From: Tubulanus polymorphus
Lineage: Eukaryota > Animalia > Nemertea
Reading direction: 5' to 3'
Assembly (NCBI RefSeq): GCF_964204645.1
Contig: NC_134026.1
Span: 25,454,150-25,518,149 of the forward strand
DNA: 64,000 bases
Below, in pieces: positions 1 to 12,521 of the stretch. The position numbers and the translations under genes are program-made. The notes below the pieces were generated by a model. It was given only the letters and a program-made list of their open reading frames with translations. It had not been told where the DNA came from and searched no databases. The stretch's first letter is position 1. Each line of letters begins with the position of its first letter.

Positions 1-303
1 TTATTAATCAGTTACCGGTGGATTTCGCATTCATCTCACGCGATTATTTTCGTCAAGAACGCAAACGGGAGAAAAAGATCCTCTTGACCTTGACCTATGT
101 CGGCTGCTAAGGACCCTTTAAATCAGAGTTTGCTTCAGCAAACACATCAAATTGGCTTAATCTGCATATGTAACAGTCTGATTGGATCGTATTTACGGTG
201 GCTGGTGGCCATTTTGCCGGTGGAAGAATGGTTATATACGACAGACGAGAGGAAACCGGCGTGTCAGAATCAGGAAACACCGACCAAGTTTATAGAACAC
301 TTC

Positions 304-1320
304 TCACATTTGATAACAACATTCGTCTGATATAGAAAAAACATAACACTAAACTAATGGACATTCTAAGCCCCTGTCGGGCTTTTTATCGCATTAACGG
401 CTTTCGGCATGATCGACATTAATAAAACAGTGCTCATATACCCAGAATTCTGATAAAGGCTGCCAAAAGAAGCATTGTCTGACAATGGATGAAGGCCAGA
501 ACGAAATAGACATGGCTTATCGCATTATTGCCACGCCATTAATACTTTCCAATAACAACAGGACCGCGTAGACAAATCCAAAAGCACCACGTATAGACAT
601 TAACCAACATACTTAGCCAATGCAACAAGAGTTCAAGTGTCCCTGATTTAGGAAGTTACCTACAGTTAGATGACCATATCGTACTTCGTTATCATATACT
701 TGAATTGTATGAATACTATAATAACGATCAAGACGGTCTGAATTATGCTATATTCTATTACACTTACGCCCACCTCGCCGAAACGCCAGGCATATTGCAC
801 GCAAGTGACCGACGTCCATGGAAATATTAGATATATCTTTGTGTGTCACTGTCTTTAATCTCAGACTGTGGGAACAAGAAAAACAATGCCGCCATCTACA
901 AGGATTCGGAGGTATTAGCGACCGGTGTATCCCTGCTGCCATCGTTTGATAGAATTCCACAACTAAACAGACAGAAGGGAAATCTTACTTTCAATTTATC
1001 TAGAATTAGATTATCTTAACACAGGTTTCATAGTTGTAAGGCTATGGTCAAAATAAGCACTTATAAGCACTTACTTCAAACCAAAATAAGCACTTTTAAA
1101 GGAAAATCAGGCTACAAATTTTTAAAAGGTGCAATAGTATCTTACCACTATTTCAATTTGGTAAGCAGCATTAGATAATGATTTATGTGGTGTGGCAACA
1201 AAAGTCCATACTTATCATTATTTCATCAAAGGGTCAGGATGATCTTCTAAAGTTGGTTGTTCTTCATTTACACCCAGAATAAAAGGGTCTCAAATGTTTG
1301 GAAGTATCTATTGTGAGAAG
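304..1320 (-). ncRNA. Candidate spliced transcript with only short ORFs (exons 1320-1146, 962-768, 326 onward); lncRNA, long 5'UTR or micropeptide gene
   Basis: Acceptors ttttgttcctag|, ttctgtctgtttag| and tttttctatatcag|; donors GTG|GTAAGA and GGC|GTAAGT. The longest spliced ORF I found is 65 aa (ATG 942 to TGA 304). Confidence 0.4.
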
Positions 1321-1374
1321 CTAGGAACAAAATCATTTTTCGTTCAAGTAGCAATGGCTTATTATATTGAATAT

Positions 1375-1425
1375 GGGATTTTTACCCAGGGGATATTTAC
1401 CTAAGGGATTTTTACCTACAACCGA
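1375..1425. repeat. Three ~15-bp tandem units GGGAT(T/A)TTTACC; likely the subterminal repeats of a DNA transposon end
   Basis: gggatttttacc-ca-ggggatatttacc-taa-gggatttttacc-tacaaccg is read directly from the sequence. Confidence 0.55.
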
Positions 1426-1540
1426 ACGAAAAATTTGTGTACTATCGTTAGATTAGAATAAGTATTAAGGAACATGAAAAACGTTGTGGAGGAAATCAGT
1501 ATAGTATTTTCTCTTGCGACAGAAGAAGACTGTAAGACGG

Positions 1541-1695
1541 CTGCCGTAGATGGAACACGAATTATACAGCTGCATCACGCACGATAGATGGCAATGCTGT
1601 CACAGATGGCTCTTAAAGACGCGGGATAAGATCAATTCAAGTTCAACCGTCCTATGGAAAGATGGCGCCAGACTCCAAATACCACCCGCCATCAT
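1541..1695 (+). promoter_or_regulatory. Cluster of four AGATGG-core CTCF/YY1-like motifs; probable promoter or boundary, possibly bidirectional
   Basis: CTGCCGTAGATGGAACA (1541), CACGATAGATGGCAATG (1580), GTCACAGATGGCTCT (1599) and GGAAAGATGGCGCCA (1656, also YY1-like), plus CCGCCAT near 1686. Candidate exons run away from it on both strands. Confidence 0.5.
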
Positions 1696-1798
1696 TTTAA
1701 TCATAGTGTGTCATTAGAGAAAATCGATAAGGACGTCTGTAACATCGGTGTACTGGAGGAGATGCTGGAATCCATCATTATGGCCTGAAATCGCCAAG
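1690..1798 (+). other. Candidate first exon of a plus-strand transcript (start approximate)
   Basis: Donor AAG|GTATGC at 1799, then a TG-rich tract. No clear acceptor upstream. Contains a short uORF (MLESIIMA*). Confidence 0.45.
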
Positions 1799-3957
1799 GT
1801 ATGCCGTTACACTGTCCTTCGATTCTCGATATGTTTCTGTGTGTTTTTGTGTGTTATTGTTGAGGCAACGGGGGCAATGATTTGCATGAATTTAACCCGA
1901 TAAGCTGAAGACAATGGCCACTTGGCGTGCTTTTGCATCTATGTTGCTGTGTACTCCGTGTCAACTGCATAACGTGGACATAAAAACCATACGCTTACAT
2001 CAGACAATGACCTTGAAATTTGTGAAATTGCGTACGAATATTTTCATTCCACACTAAATGTATGGGTGGACGTGGACCGTCTTAATCTCCAACCTAAAGA
2101 TTCCGATCCTCTACTAAACATCTCATGAGTACTGACTCGCCATTTGAGAGTTAAAAAAGAACTACGTGTATATTCTTCCAGTTTTATTAAGGAAACTAAA
2201 CCAACAATTCAGTGTGCTTGCTTTCGTCCTGCGCGTCCGATGAATGGAGATATTTCGGTTTTTGTAGAATCAAATGTGAACCGATGAATAACCGATACAC
2301 TTTAAACACACACACAGTTCTATACAACAGAAGGGAAATATAAATCTAGCTCTGATAATATACCCCCACAACTACGATACATGAATTTTCGAATCGAGCA
2401 TGTGCGGTCGTTGAAAACAGGTGTTTTTGGAGTAAAAATGGATTCAATTCATACCACTGATTTCAATTGAGTACATTTCATTGTTGAAATATTTTATCCT
2501 GAAACTATAACTACTCGAGCTATGTGGGTTAATTCGCGTTGAATTAACGCACCTTTATGGTTTTTGAATCATTCGCAAACGCGAAGGCAATGGGCATCTA
2601 TTTAATCGGTTTATATACGTGGAAAATATCGATAAACCCATATAAGGAGACGCGGAGAGTCATCGGGAAGTGCTGCCACGACTGGTGCACCTGGGAACTT
2701 GAAGTATCATTTCAATATAACGATATTTTTCCAATAATGACAATCGGCGATCTAAAATTAATAACTTAATTATGAATTAGACGTAAATCAGGAACGCTGT
2801 ATTTCTAGTCAACGTCTACTCCGAACTGTCCGGCTTTGCCAATATATTGACTGTCTCCAAACATAGTTATTTGTAATTAATAGTATGCAATATACGTTTA
2901 TTAGTAAATATGTTAATTTACGACCAATAGGTTGAGCACGCGATCAGAAATACAGCTGCTAACCTCGTCATTGCTTTTTTTATTTCGGCTATGAACTAAT
3001 ATAACTTTCTTCTGGACTTCCCTCTCAAGGGAACATGCAATTCCCGGCATCTAATCTAGAAATGAATTAATATTAATATCGCCGAACACAATGTCCACTT
3101 CAGCCGGCCAAAGATCGCATGCCAGACTAACATTCATACGCGGACAGAGCCAAACGGTCCGACAATGCATCCGTTCTAATTTGTAATCTACAAATTCGCG
3201 GACCAGCTCGCTGTAAATTAACTGGACATTGCGTGATGACTGAAATTATCCTTGTTATTACGCCTGCTTACACAAAAACGCTGTCGGGCCCGGTGTGATG
3301 TGAAAAATTATGGTGTCGGTCAGTTTTATTAGATTCCCCGGTGTGCGACTTATAGCCCGTGGTGGCGGTGCCGCAATCGGCGAATGCTACGTGCAGAAAA
3401 TGAATGTCATAATGAAGCGATAATAAGACGAAGTTTGGCCGGACGCTGGAATCTTCGTTATAATCGACTAGAAAATTGCTTCCGGTCATCAAAGAAAGAA
3501 ATATATCAATTTGTCCGACGAAATGAGAAATGAGTCTTATGTGTAGCACGCGGGACTTTTTTCCATTTAATCGGCGACTTGTGCTGTATTTAGAATACGA
3601 TACACACATATATGTATATTACGTGTATGATTCATAGTTTACCGGTCAAGTCATATATTTACATTATTAAACATTTTGCCCGCGCACAAGAGTCTGTTCA
3701 ATCATTATACATCACTTTTATACGGGCGCCAAACGTCGTGTTTCGCATGTTAAGTGTCGAATTATCAGGGACACGTTAAAAGTTGATGGCGAATTTTGGA
3801 GTCTTTTTGATAGATATCCACTTGGACATCTGCTGTCAAATGCAATAACTATAGAGTCGTCAGTAGAATCGATAGTTTGAAAGGAGATTTCCATTTGTAT
3901 ATTATGGATTCAGTAATCATCAATATTACTGATTATCGATTAGCCAGGGCTATTGAT

Positions 3958-4235
3958 TTTTCGAAATTCCAGGATCCAGTTCCACAGTTCGGCGTTAAGA
4001 TCTGACTTAGAGTTAACTCGGTTGAAAATGAAATAATTTTAACCCAGAGCTAAATCTAACTCACAACTTGTAAAACTAGGTCGAGTTTTCCATTTTGGCT
4101 GTTCCTGTTTTCGAAAATTCAGGACCCAGTTCCACAGGTAGTTCTGTGTTAAGATTTTTCTGAGTTAACTCATTGAAAATGAACTAATTTCAACCCACAG
4201 AGTTAACTCTAACGCGCAACTAGGTCCAGATTTCT
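3958..4235. mobile_element. Two tandem diverged copies of a ~115-bp palindromic MITE-like element
   Basis: Both copies (~3970-4085 and ~4120-4229) read CAGGA(T/C)CCAGTTCCACAG...GAGTTAACTC..TTGAAAATGAA..AATTT.AACCCA..GAG.TAA.TCTAAC...AACTAGGTC, with self-complementary ends. Confidence 0.75.
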
Positions 4236-7200
4236 CTTTTTTTTCAATCTGAATTTTACGAGCTCGTTGAGAGTGTTAAAATCTGCTAATATCGACAGGC
4301 TTTGTTCGATAATCTACACCTTGTTTTGCACCTATCGATCACGACGATCTATATTTCCTTTCGACGACGCATGAATCACGTTTCGCCAGCGAAATAAAAG
4401 AATTCAAAATCGGCGAGTTTTGAATGAAAATAAGACGATGACAATCAGTCGAACACGCGCGCTCTATAGTATCTACAGATGAATTATTAAAATCTCAATC
4501 GAATTGAATGCAATCATTCCACAACCCTGAACAACAGCCGATTGTCGACGACCGTTTATGTGAAATCGAATAAAACACCATGAATACAATCAAAGCTTCA
4601 GTTATGAGATTTTGTTTATTGAATTTCATTTCATTTCACATTCGCAGTTATCGAATCGGCTCCACCGCAGCTCTACCGTTCCATAGTGTCTGGCTCGGTG
4701 AAGTCTTGGCGAGGTTCTTCACGCTGCGGATGCGGCGCTGTAATCCGCCGGTCTCAATCATATCTACGGCTGCAATATGCATGATTCGTATACTCACAAT
4801 TAATCCGTTGAAAACTGAAGGCCGGCGCTAAACACGAGTAAATTGAATATAAATCGCCGCCGGGGACGCGGCTGAAACTTAATAACAATCTACATTTGAA
4901 CAGGCCATAAAACTCGTCGGCATTAGCTATTAAATTCAATAATTTTAATTACCCAAATGCGTAATCTCCGTGTGACAGGTACTGGTGTGCTTGTATGATC
5001 ACCCGATTTCACTGTACAAATCACTACGATCAAAGAGCTTTAAAGACACGCGAGCGTAATTGTTTTCGTTACTACTACACCTGTCTCTACCAGAATCGAG
5101 CTACGCGCAGTATTCGCATTCGCCGACATTTGGCTATTTTTGACATCGATTTGTCAAACTTTTAAGCCCTGGGACTTGCGAACCGATCAGGAAAAAGACA
5201 TTCTTATCATTCGTTTTTGTTGATGATTTTGGAATGTGAATTCAATTGAACAGTTTGACTGATGACCCCGATTCTGTACAGTCCGGTCGAGTCGCTATCG
5301 AAAAACGCGCTCTTTCAAATTGCCGCCTGAATAACCATTTATTTATCGGCGAATTAAGGAGAGCGCCGGACCGGAAAAACACCCGTCACCAGATAAGACA
5401 CTGAAACTGATGACCCGCAATGACGGCCATTTAAAATGATTCAACTAAGGTCCACAACGACAGGCATGGAGAGATTTTAATCAGGTCATTAAGGTGGTGA
5501 AAAACCAGTCTCATTTGTTTTCCGGGCCGTTATCACACTCGCTTTGGGAGATTTCGGTCTTACATCGCCAATTTGAAAGGCGGTGAATATAAATGAACTC
5601 GATTCATCACGACGCACCACGTAAGGTCCTTGAATCGAAAACGTCTCGCTTATAACTTATAACTACAGCCAGGTTTTCCTTTATACGAAAAGACAGAAAA
5701 TCCCACTCGGAAAGTGATACGAAAAAGACGCCCGCATTCGCAGAATTATTCACATCGATGTTTGATTGAATTTAATGAAACCATGGAGCTGAACCAACGC
5801 TCGATGATTTTTGATTTCATCTCTTGACAGATAAAAAAAGTCAGTTGACGTTTCCTCGTTAAAGCGGTGTGTGTGCACAGCGTTCATGCTCCTTACACTT
5901 ATTGTTTACCCTCTTGGGGGAGCCCTGCCCGGCCAACTTATTCCATTTCTCATTTCCCTTTCAAAAAATTCATTTATCCGATAATAATTTCATCTGAAAT
6001 CCAGATAGAACGCCGATGTGGCACCTTGACACGACTTCCGGGGATAAATTTGATTTGCCGAGTCAATCACAATTCTAAAGCCGCGGCCACGACGCAAAAC
6101 CTACAGCTGAAAATTCATTTCCTTAATTTCAGAGCACGGTCTCAAAAATAACATACTCCAGATGCAATATGATCTAAACTGTAATGAGTATTTATTAAAG
6201 TAATATCACTACTGGATACAGCGAGCCAATAAGGCGAATCTCGTCGCAACGCTCTTCAGCTTTAGTGCGCAGAAAAGCTATATACACGGAATGAGAATGA
6301 AGAGATGCCGAGATGAATCCATATTTCTGACTAAATACCTGATCTATAGAGTCGACCTATGAACTGGCTGCTTATTCAAATCATTTTCACTCGGTTGAAT
6401 GACTTAAAACTCGAAAGCTCGAAATATTCTTAGAAAATATGCGGAGTGTAAGAGATTCGATATTATCGGTAAAACAGTTATCCATAAATTTCTAATTTTG
6501 TGGCAACTGGAGATGATTTGACTTCGCAGCGCCAGCGAAATAAAAAACTTACTTCAACGAAGTGACAATCTTCGATATGAAGCCACCATACACTGTTTGT
6601 TTTTATAGAATTCAAAGATTTCTACGCGTTATTCAATTATGCATTTTATCGTTCTAAATAATTGCCACGACTGAATTTTCCCTCTATTTCATTTCTCGTT
6701 TTCGTTTGATTCTCGGCTAATAATTGCAATTCACTTTATACGAAATTCTATTTTCGTCGTATGTGTGCATGCTTTGTTAATAAATCGCAAATTTGTCGTT
6801 TATACGACGTTCGTCGATATACGAAAACCGGAGACGCTCGCGCAAAGTTCAGATGAATTTTCAATTACAAATCGCTACAGCGATGCCCCGTAGTGCCTCG
6901 TACGGTTTTCATTACCAAGATTTCAAGAATCCATAATAGCTATTACAAGCAACTAATCAAAGTTTGATCGAAATTTCTTTCATCTGCAGTTGGCGTCGAC
7001 GTGAAAGTTTATATTCTTTTTAAAGACATCAGTCTGATGCAGAACAGACCGCACAGGCGGCAAATCGAATTTATACGTTTCGAATGTGATGAAGTTATAA
7101 ATTCATCTCTGACGCGGCGCGCGGTGAAATTTAACCCAATTCGCGCGGTGTGATTTGACAACAACGACAATACTGTATAACATAGGCTGAGATAAAATGA

Positions 7201-10200
7201 TACCATTTGTTTCTCCTAATCGGCAGGGTCATTTTTGGAAACTGCGATAAAATTTGTAATCAGTTCATTTCCATAACTGCCGGATCTATTATGGTTAGCT
7301 TGATCATGACTTAGATAGGCGGCCAGCCGGGTCAACTTTCTACGTAAAAATGAGGAAGAAGGTATCGATTTGAAATCACAAACTGCCCAACATATAAAAG
7401 ATAGTTCACACTTGAAATCGAAAAGAGTGAAATCAGTTAAATCCAGATTATAGCGTAACACAACAGTATTCACTATTATACAGTATTCACAGATGATTCC
7501 TATATCGAATCATCGCCTCGGACAAACGACCACGGATCCTAAATTGCGAGGGATTAAATCGCCATCTAATTTGCATAAATACGACATTAATGCCTGACCG
7601 CGAGTATAATCAGCGGGGATTTAGAACCGATTCACATTGAACAATTTTCATCATCGCTTCCATTTCATATATAATTGACTTCTAACCCTGGCCGAAACGT
7701 GGTCAGCTTCCAGCCGCATTTCAAATTAGAAATTGATAGCGCGTCGACTTGTAAATCGGCGATGAATTGTCGCAAATCACGTCGACTTTGACAGCCGCGA
7801 ACTTAAAACGACTGCAGCAAGGATTTCGAAAGATTCCCGGCCACCGAACAGCGGTTTTCCCAGGCCAATGAGCGCCCGATCTGCACAAAGATGCGATAAG
7901 GTATACGGTCGCAAACTGTCATCCGATGATGTGACAATTGCATTGCTAGTTTTCTGAAATTATCCCCGACTTGTCAAATCGGACTGTATTCTTTTTGCGA
8001 GCGGGAGCCATACATTCGAGACCTCGTCACTGGTGCGAAGACTTTGACGTGCAATACGCGACGGCATTGTTAGCGCGGGTGACGCGGGTCAAACCGCTTC
8101 CAACGTCGCAGGTTCACATTCCTAATATGTAATTTTTGACGTTGCATTAATCGATTCTAGTGGTGGAATTAATTTTTCGCACAGAGTAACGAATCGTGTC
8201 CCATCGTCAAGTCAAAGTTCTGTCGGATGTCGGGGCTGTAATTGATAACCCGATTTAATGATTTATTTCAACGCGAGAGAAAACTTCATCGATAAGTTCT
8301 GATGACGGAATCAAAAATTAATAATGTCAATGTCGAGAGAATGAGCGAGTTCAGAGTGGCAGAGAAAATAATTAAAAAATACCACCGCAACGGCATAATT
8401 ATCGACAACTTCAAAAATAAAATAGAATAAAACGATATTATGATCCAATGTTGAAAAGTGCTACGGAAAACAGTCGTTCGGTTCAATACTTACGACACAA
8501 ATGTTACCTCGAGTGGTCTGGCACTTCATGTTTGCACTAACCTTTGAAAAAAAACAGCTGTATTTCGTGGCAAGCGCGAGAAGCGAACGAATAGGAAAGG
8601 GTTAATTTCAATTTGACCGACGAGGACCGCAGCTGAGCGCGATGAAATATAATGTTTTTCAATTGAACACGAATTACAGACAACGACACTTGTACGCGGA
8701 CTCGACAAACAATTCGGAATAATACTCGATTGAAATGGATATTTCATCGAATAAACTCAATTTCTACAAACCAGAAAATGATGTTTGCCAGATACGGTTC
8801 CGTCGATGAAGACCGTATTTGCTTTCAATGACAGAGAAAACTGACAATCATGCGTGCGGGCATCATCTTTGAAACGAAACTCGCAGACAACCGATTTATT
8901 TGAGCAAACATCCGTGCCTTTACAACGACGAGCAGATTTCCGTAAAACCATCGATTGAATTTTAGCGAAAAACATGACCAGGAAAATGTAGCTTATGCAA
9001 TCGCAGCGCGGCCATCTGCCACTAGGACGATACTGGCAATCTGCACGGGATTGAAACAGCAAATATTTGCCATCTAAATCTAATATCGCCTCGCATAATA
9101 GAATTCGATTATCGGCAAAACTGTTCGCTTCGCCGAATAAAACTTTGCAAATATTCAAAATGAAAGTTTGTTTCGAATTTCAACGCGATCCATACCGCTA
9201 AGAAGATTGGTCGACAGATCGGGTTACGCGGCTTCTTGCAATACGGCAAATAACTGGCACTGCGAGTGGCTTTGAAAAATCTCCGCACACAATTCTAAAG
9301 CCAACATTTTCATGCGTTATTTGCAGTTTATAAAGCAGCGCGCCGGGAACAAACGCATGATCACCCGTCTCAAATTACCATCTTATCATTTTAAAGAAAC
9401 GCCATTGAGCACTGCCGGGGTCTGGGAAAATTCCAATCGAGTGAAAATCTCATCCTACTCCGAATCCAGTAGACGAAATAAATCGAACCAAAACAAGACG
9501 AACAAGCCGCCTTGTTTGATGTTGGTATTACGAAAGGCTATAGCCGTAAAACAAAGAATGCTAGAACAAAGACGAATGAATGAAATTTGAAATGTAATTT
9601 TTCTTCCACTACAATTTTTCAGCTTGTAGTCCTCTCGAAAGGATGGCAAGGTAATAAATCAAGATTTGCTTAAGACGAATTGAGATGACCTTCCTTGCGC
9701 CCGACGCATAAATCAAAAACTGGCCAGTACAAACAAGTATGAAATATGGACGGTGGCTTTGTGGTCACTCGGCATCCGAATATGACAAGAGTTAGATTAA
9801 ATTCTGATTTATGAGTGAACAATGCAGAAAAAGATTAAGTGGCCAGGAGCTACACGGGCCGAGGCGCGCGAAGACACCAGTGAAATTATGACGGTAGCGC
9901 GCGGCCATGATTAGGTCATTGCGAGGCATTATTTAATATCGAATGGTAAGACTTAGACGCGGCTTTATACAACTTAATCCCGCTACGCAATCAGTCAAAC
10001 ATGTCCGACTGCATAATTAGAGTTTTAATGCAACTCAAGGCCGCCGAAGTCAGTTTCTTACTGATATTTTCGCAGAACGCGCGAACAGCGACTTGATTAA
10101 GTCAGTTTTCAGCTTTAGATACATAAGCGATATTTCGGGTACTCGGCAATCAATTTGTTCGGCATCGGGCAGTTCACGTAAAGGTTATGCAAAACAAATA

Positions 10201-12488
10201 ATGGTCAAATCTGCCAAATAAGTTCATGATGATGTACATGTGCTTAGATTTACACTGATTTTCATAAGTTCACAAAGGCAGGCCGCGATTCGAGGACAAG
10301 CGAGGTTCAGATTCAGATACCGGCCACCAGTTTCTCCGCGGACATCGTTGAAAATGTTTTTTCTTTGCTTTGTTGTCTCGGGAGAGTCAAGTGGCTGAAT
10401 GAATATTCAAGTCCGGATGGCTCTTCTTTCAAGTTGAAATCGGAATGGCGTTTGCGAGAACGACGGTCCACCGTGTAAGTTCACTGGGAACTGCCGCGCG
10501 CTTCGCCTATCTTTGAATTATGCATTAAGTTTCAAGCGTTCCTTTGTGCCTGGGCCAATTCCCACTGACCATTATAGCGCCATTAGCATTCCGTACAGAA
10601 ATTTTAATCAGATTCACTTCAATGTATGTCTTTGATGATTAGTTTGTGCGAATATGGTGAATAATTAAGGAAGCTGATTTAATCAGAACTCGACTCCGTC
10701 CAGAATCTTAATGACCTCGTAAACTACACCGGTCACAGTTTAGACCTATCATGACCTTTACGATAAATACTCTAAAAACATAATGAATCAGTCCACCGCG
10801 GCTTTAACGAGAATCACCGCATGTACTGTGTAAAAAAAAAACTAGCAGTTTACCAAACTGGAAATATAAGACAATATTAAAATGAGTAAAAATCGAGCCT
10901 GAAGTAATATTCAATAATTGCTTTACGCAGAAACTCTTCTCAATGCGAGTGTTTGGTTTCAATTCGACACCGACTGAAACCCTGACGTGAATTATCGCTG
11001 GATAAATTATTTAAATAGTAATTTAGGGGATTTATTAGAAAGCGGCGATATTGGCTTGTCCATTCATGACGTGAATTAAGTCAGCTCATTGCGATGTACT
11101 GTCTTATCGCAAGTACACTTCACCAGTCTTGAAGTCAAATATAATATTAAACAATTTTGATTTATCACTATTCACCGCTGCATCGAGCCTTTTGCCGCCG
11201 GATAACAAATCCGTCATTTTTCATTGATGAAATATTATGGAATATTACAATACGTCAAAGGGGTTGTTGACACTCTGACCATGGAGCGCCGCTGCTGTTT
11301 ACTTAGGCACAGTCTATTGTTGATTTTAATTTTACTGATGAAATAAGGTTATATCGAGCTTTGGCGTATACGGCGGTGTGTTTGAATGGCTACTTTCAGC
11401 AAACGGTCTTTGCTCCTCTGTCAGCCGTTTGACGTTTTCCATAATAGGTCGAGATGAAATTTAGAAATAAATCAAACCGCCGCGGCGAATGCGAGCAGAG
11501 TTTTAGCTTATTTAATGGACGCAGAACGGCTGTAACTAGTGATTCACGTGTATAAACTAGAGAAAGTTCAAGCTACGATCAAATTGAAAGATGTTTTGTT
11601 TGACAGAAGGCCATAATAACGGGAAGCAACTAAGATTTTTGAAAATCGTTAGAATTCGTTAGGATATTCGTACAAGTCGCTTTTTGGTCGGTATAGATTT
11701 GAGTAATTTTTTCCATGTTTTAGATAGGCAACTCATCGGTAGAATTGGCTAATCTACATGTCCAACTTCAATTAGTAACCCCGTCGCCTTCGGGATTCGG
11801 TGAAGTTGCAGTAATTTTCTTGCGAGATATATTTTGAGAGAGAGAAAAAATAACCAATTCCCAGAATCGAGAATATTGATGTGAGTCACTGGAGAACACG
11901 TTTATCATTAATGAAGTAAAAAGCAAATTTACGCAACTTCACCTGAATGATAATAACACACGAGTTAAAAACCAACCTAGACCTGAAGTTATCGCGTTAA
12001 TGAAACTATTTTTGACCCCGATATAACCGAAGGTCACCCAAATGGCATTTACACACCCAGTACCGGGTTCCTGATGAAATTATTGTTAAGTTCAAGTGTT
12101 CAACACACACTTCGGTGGCTGTGATAAATTTTCACCGTCTCATATTAGAAAATAGATCCATATCGCGGCAAGATGGCTCTTTTTAATTATCTCAAGAAGC
12201 ACTAGATCATATTAATTGGTCAAGCCCCGAGTCCTTTGGTCTGTTTGATGATTAATTGAAATCTCGGCGATAATTAGACCGACCGAATTCATCCTCTCGA
12301 ACGTATACCGTGTCAGTCAATCGGGTTGCGTAACTTCATCAAATTTTTACAAGGAAAAATCAATTTGTTTTTAATTGAAATGACATAACCTGAAGTATAT
12401 CGGACGCGGCGCAGAGACGTGACACTAGATAGTACTGACATCTTCGGCAGACTACCAGAACTAACATCAGGATCAATCTCTCAACGCT

Positions 12489-12489
<1 letters not shown>

Positions 12490-12516
<27 letters not shown>
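12490..12516. repeat. (CAG)9 microsatellite
   Basis: Perfect trinucleotide run, not inside a convincing ORF. Confidence 0.95.

Positions 12517-12521
<5 letters not shown>

Noticed and set aside
5258-5430. CTGATGACCC motifs (also at 30141) as hammerhead cores
   Set aside because: No correctly placed GAAA or stem III follows.
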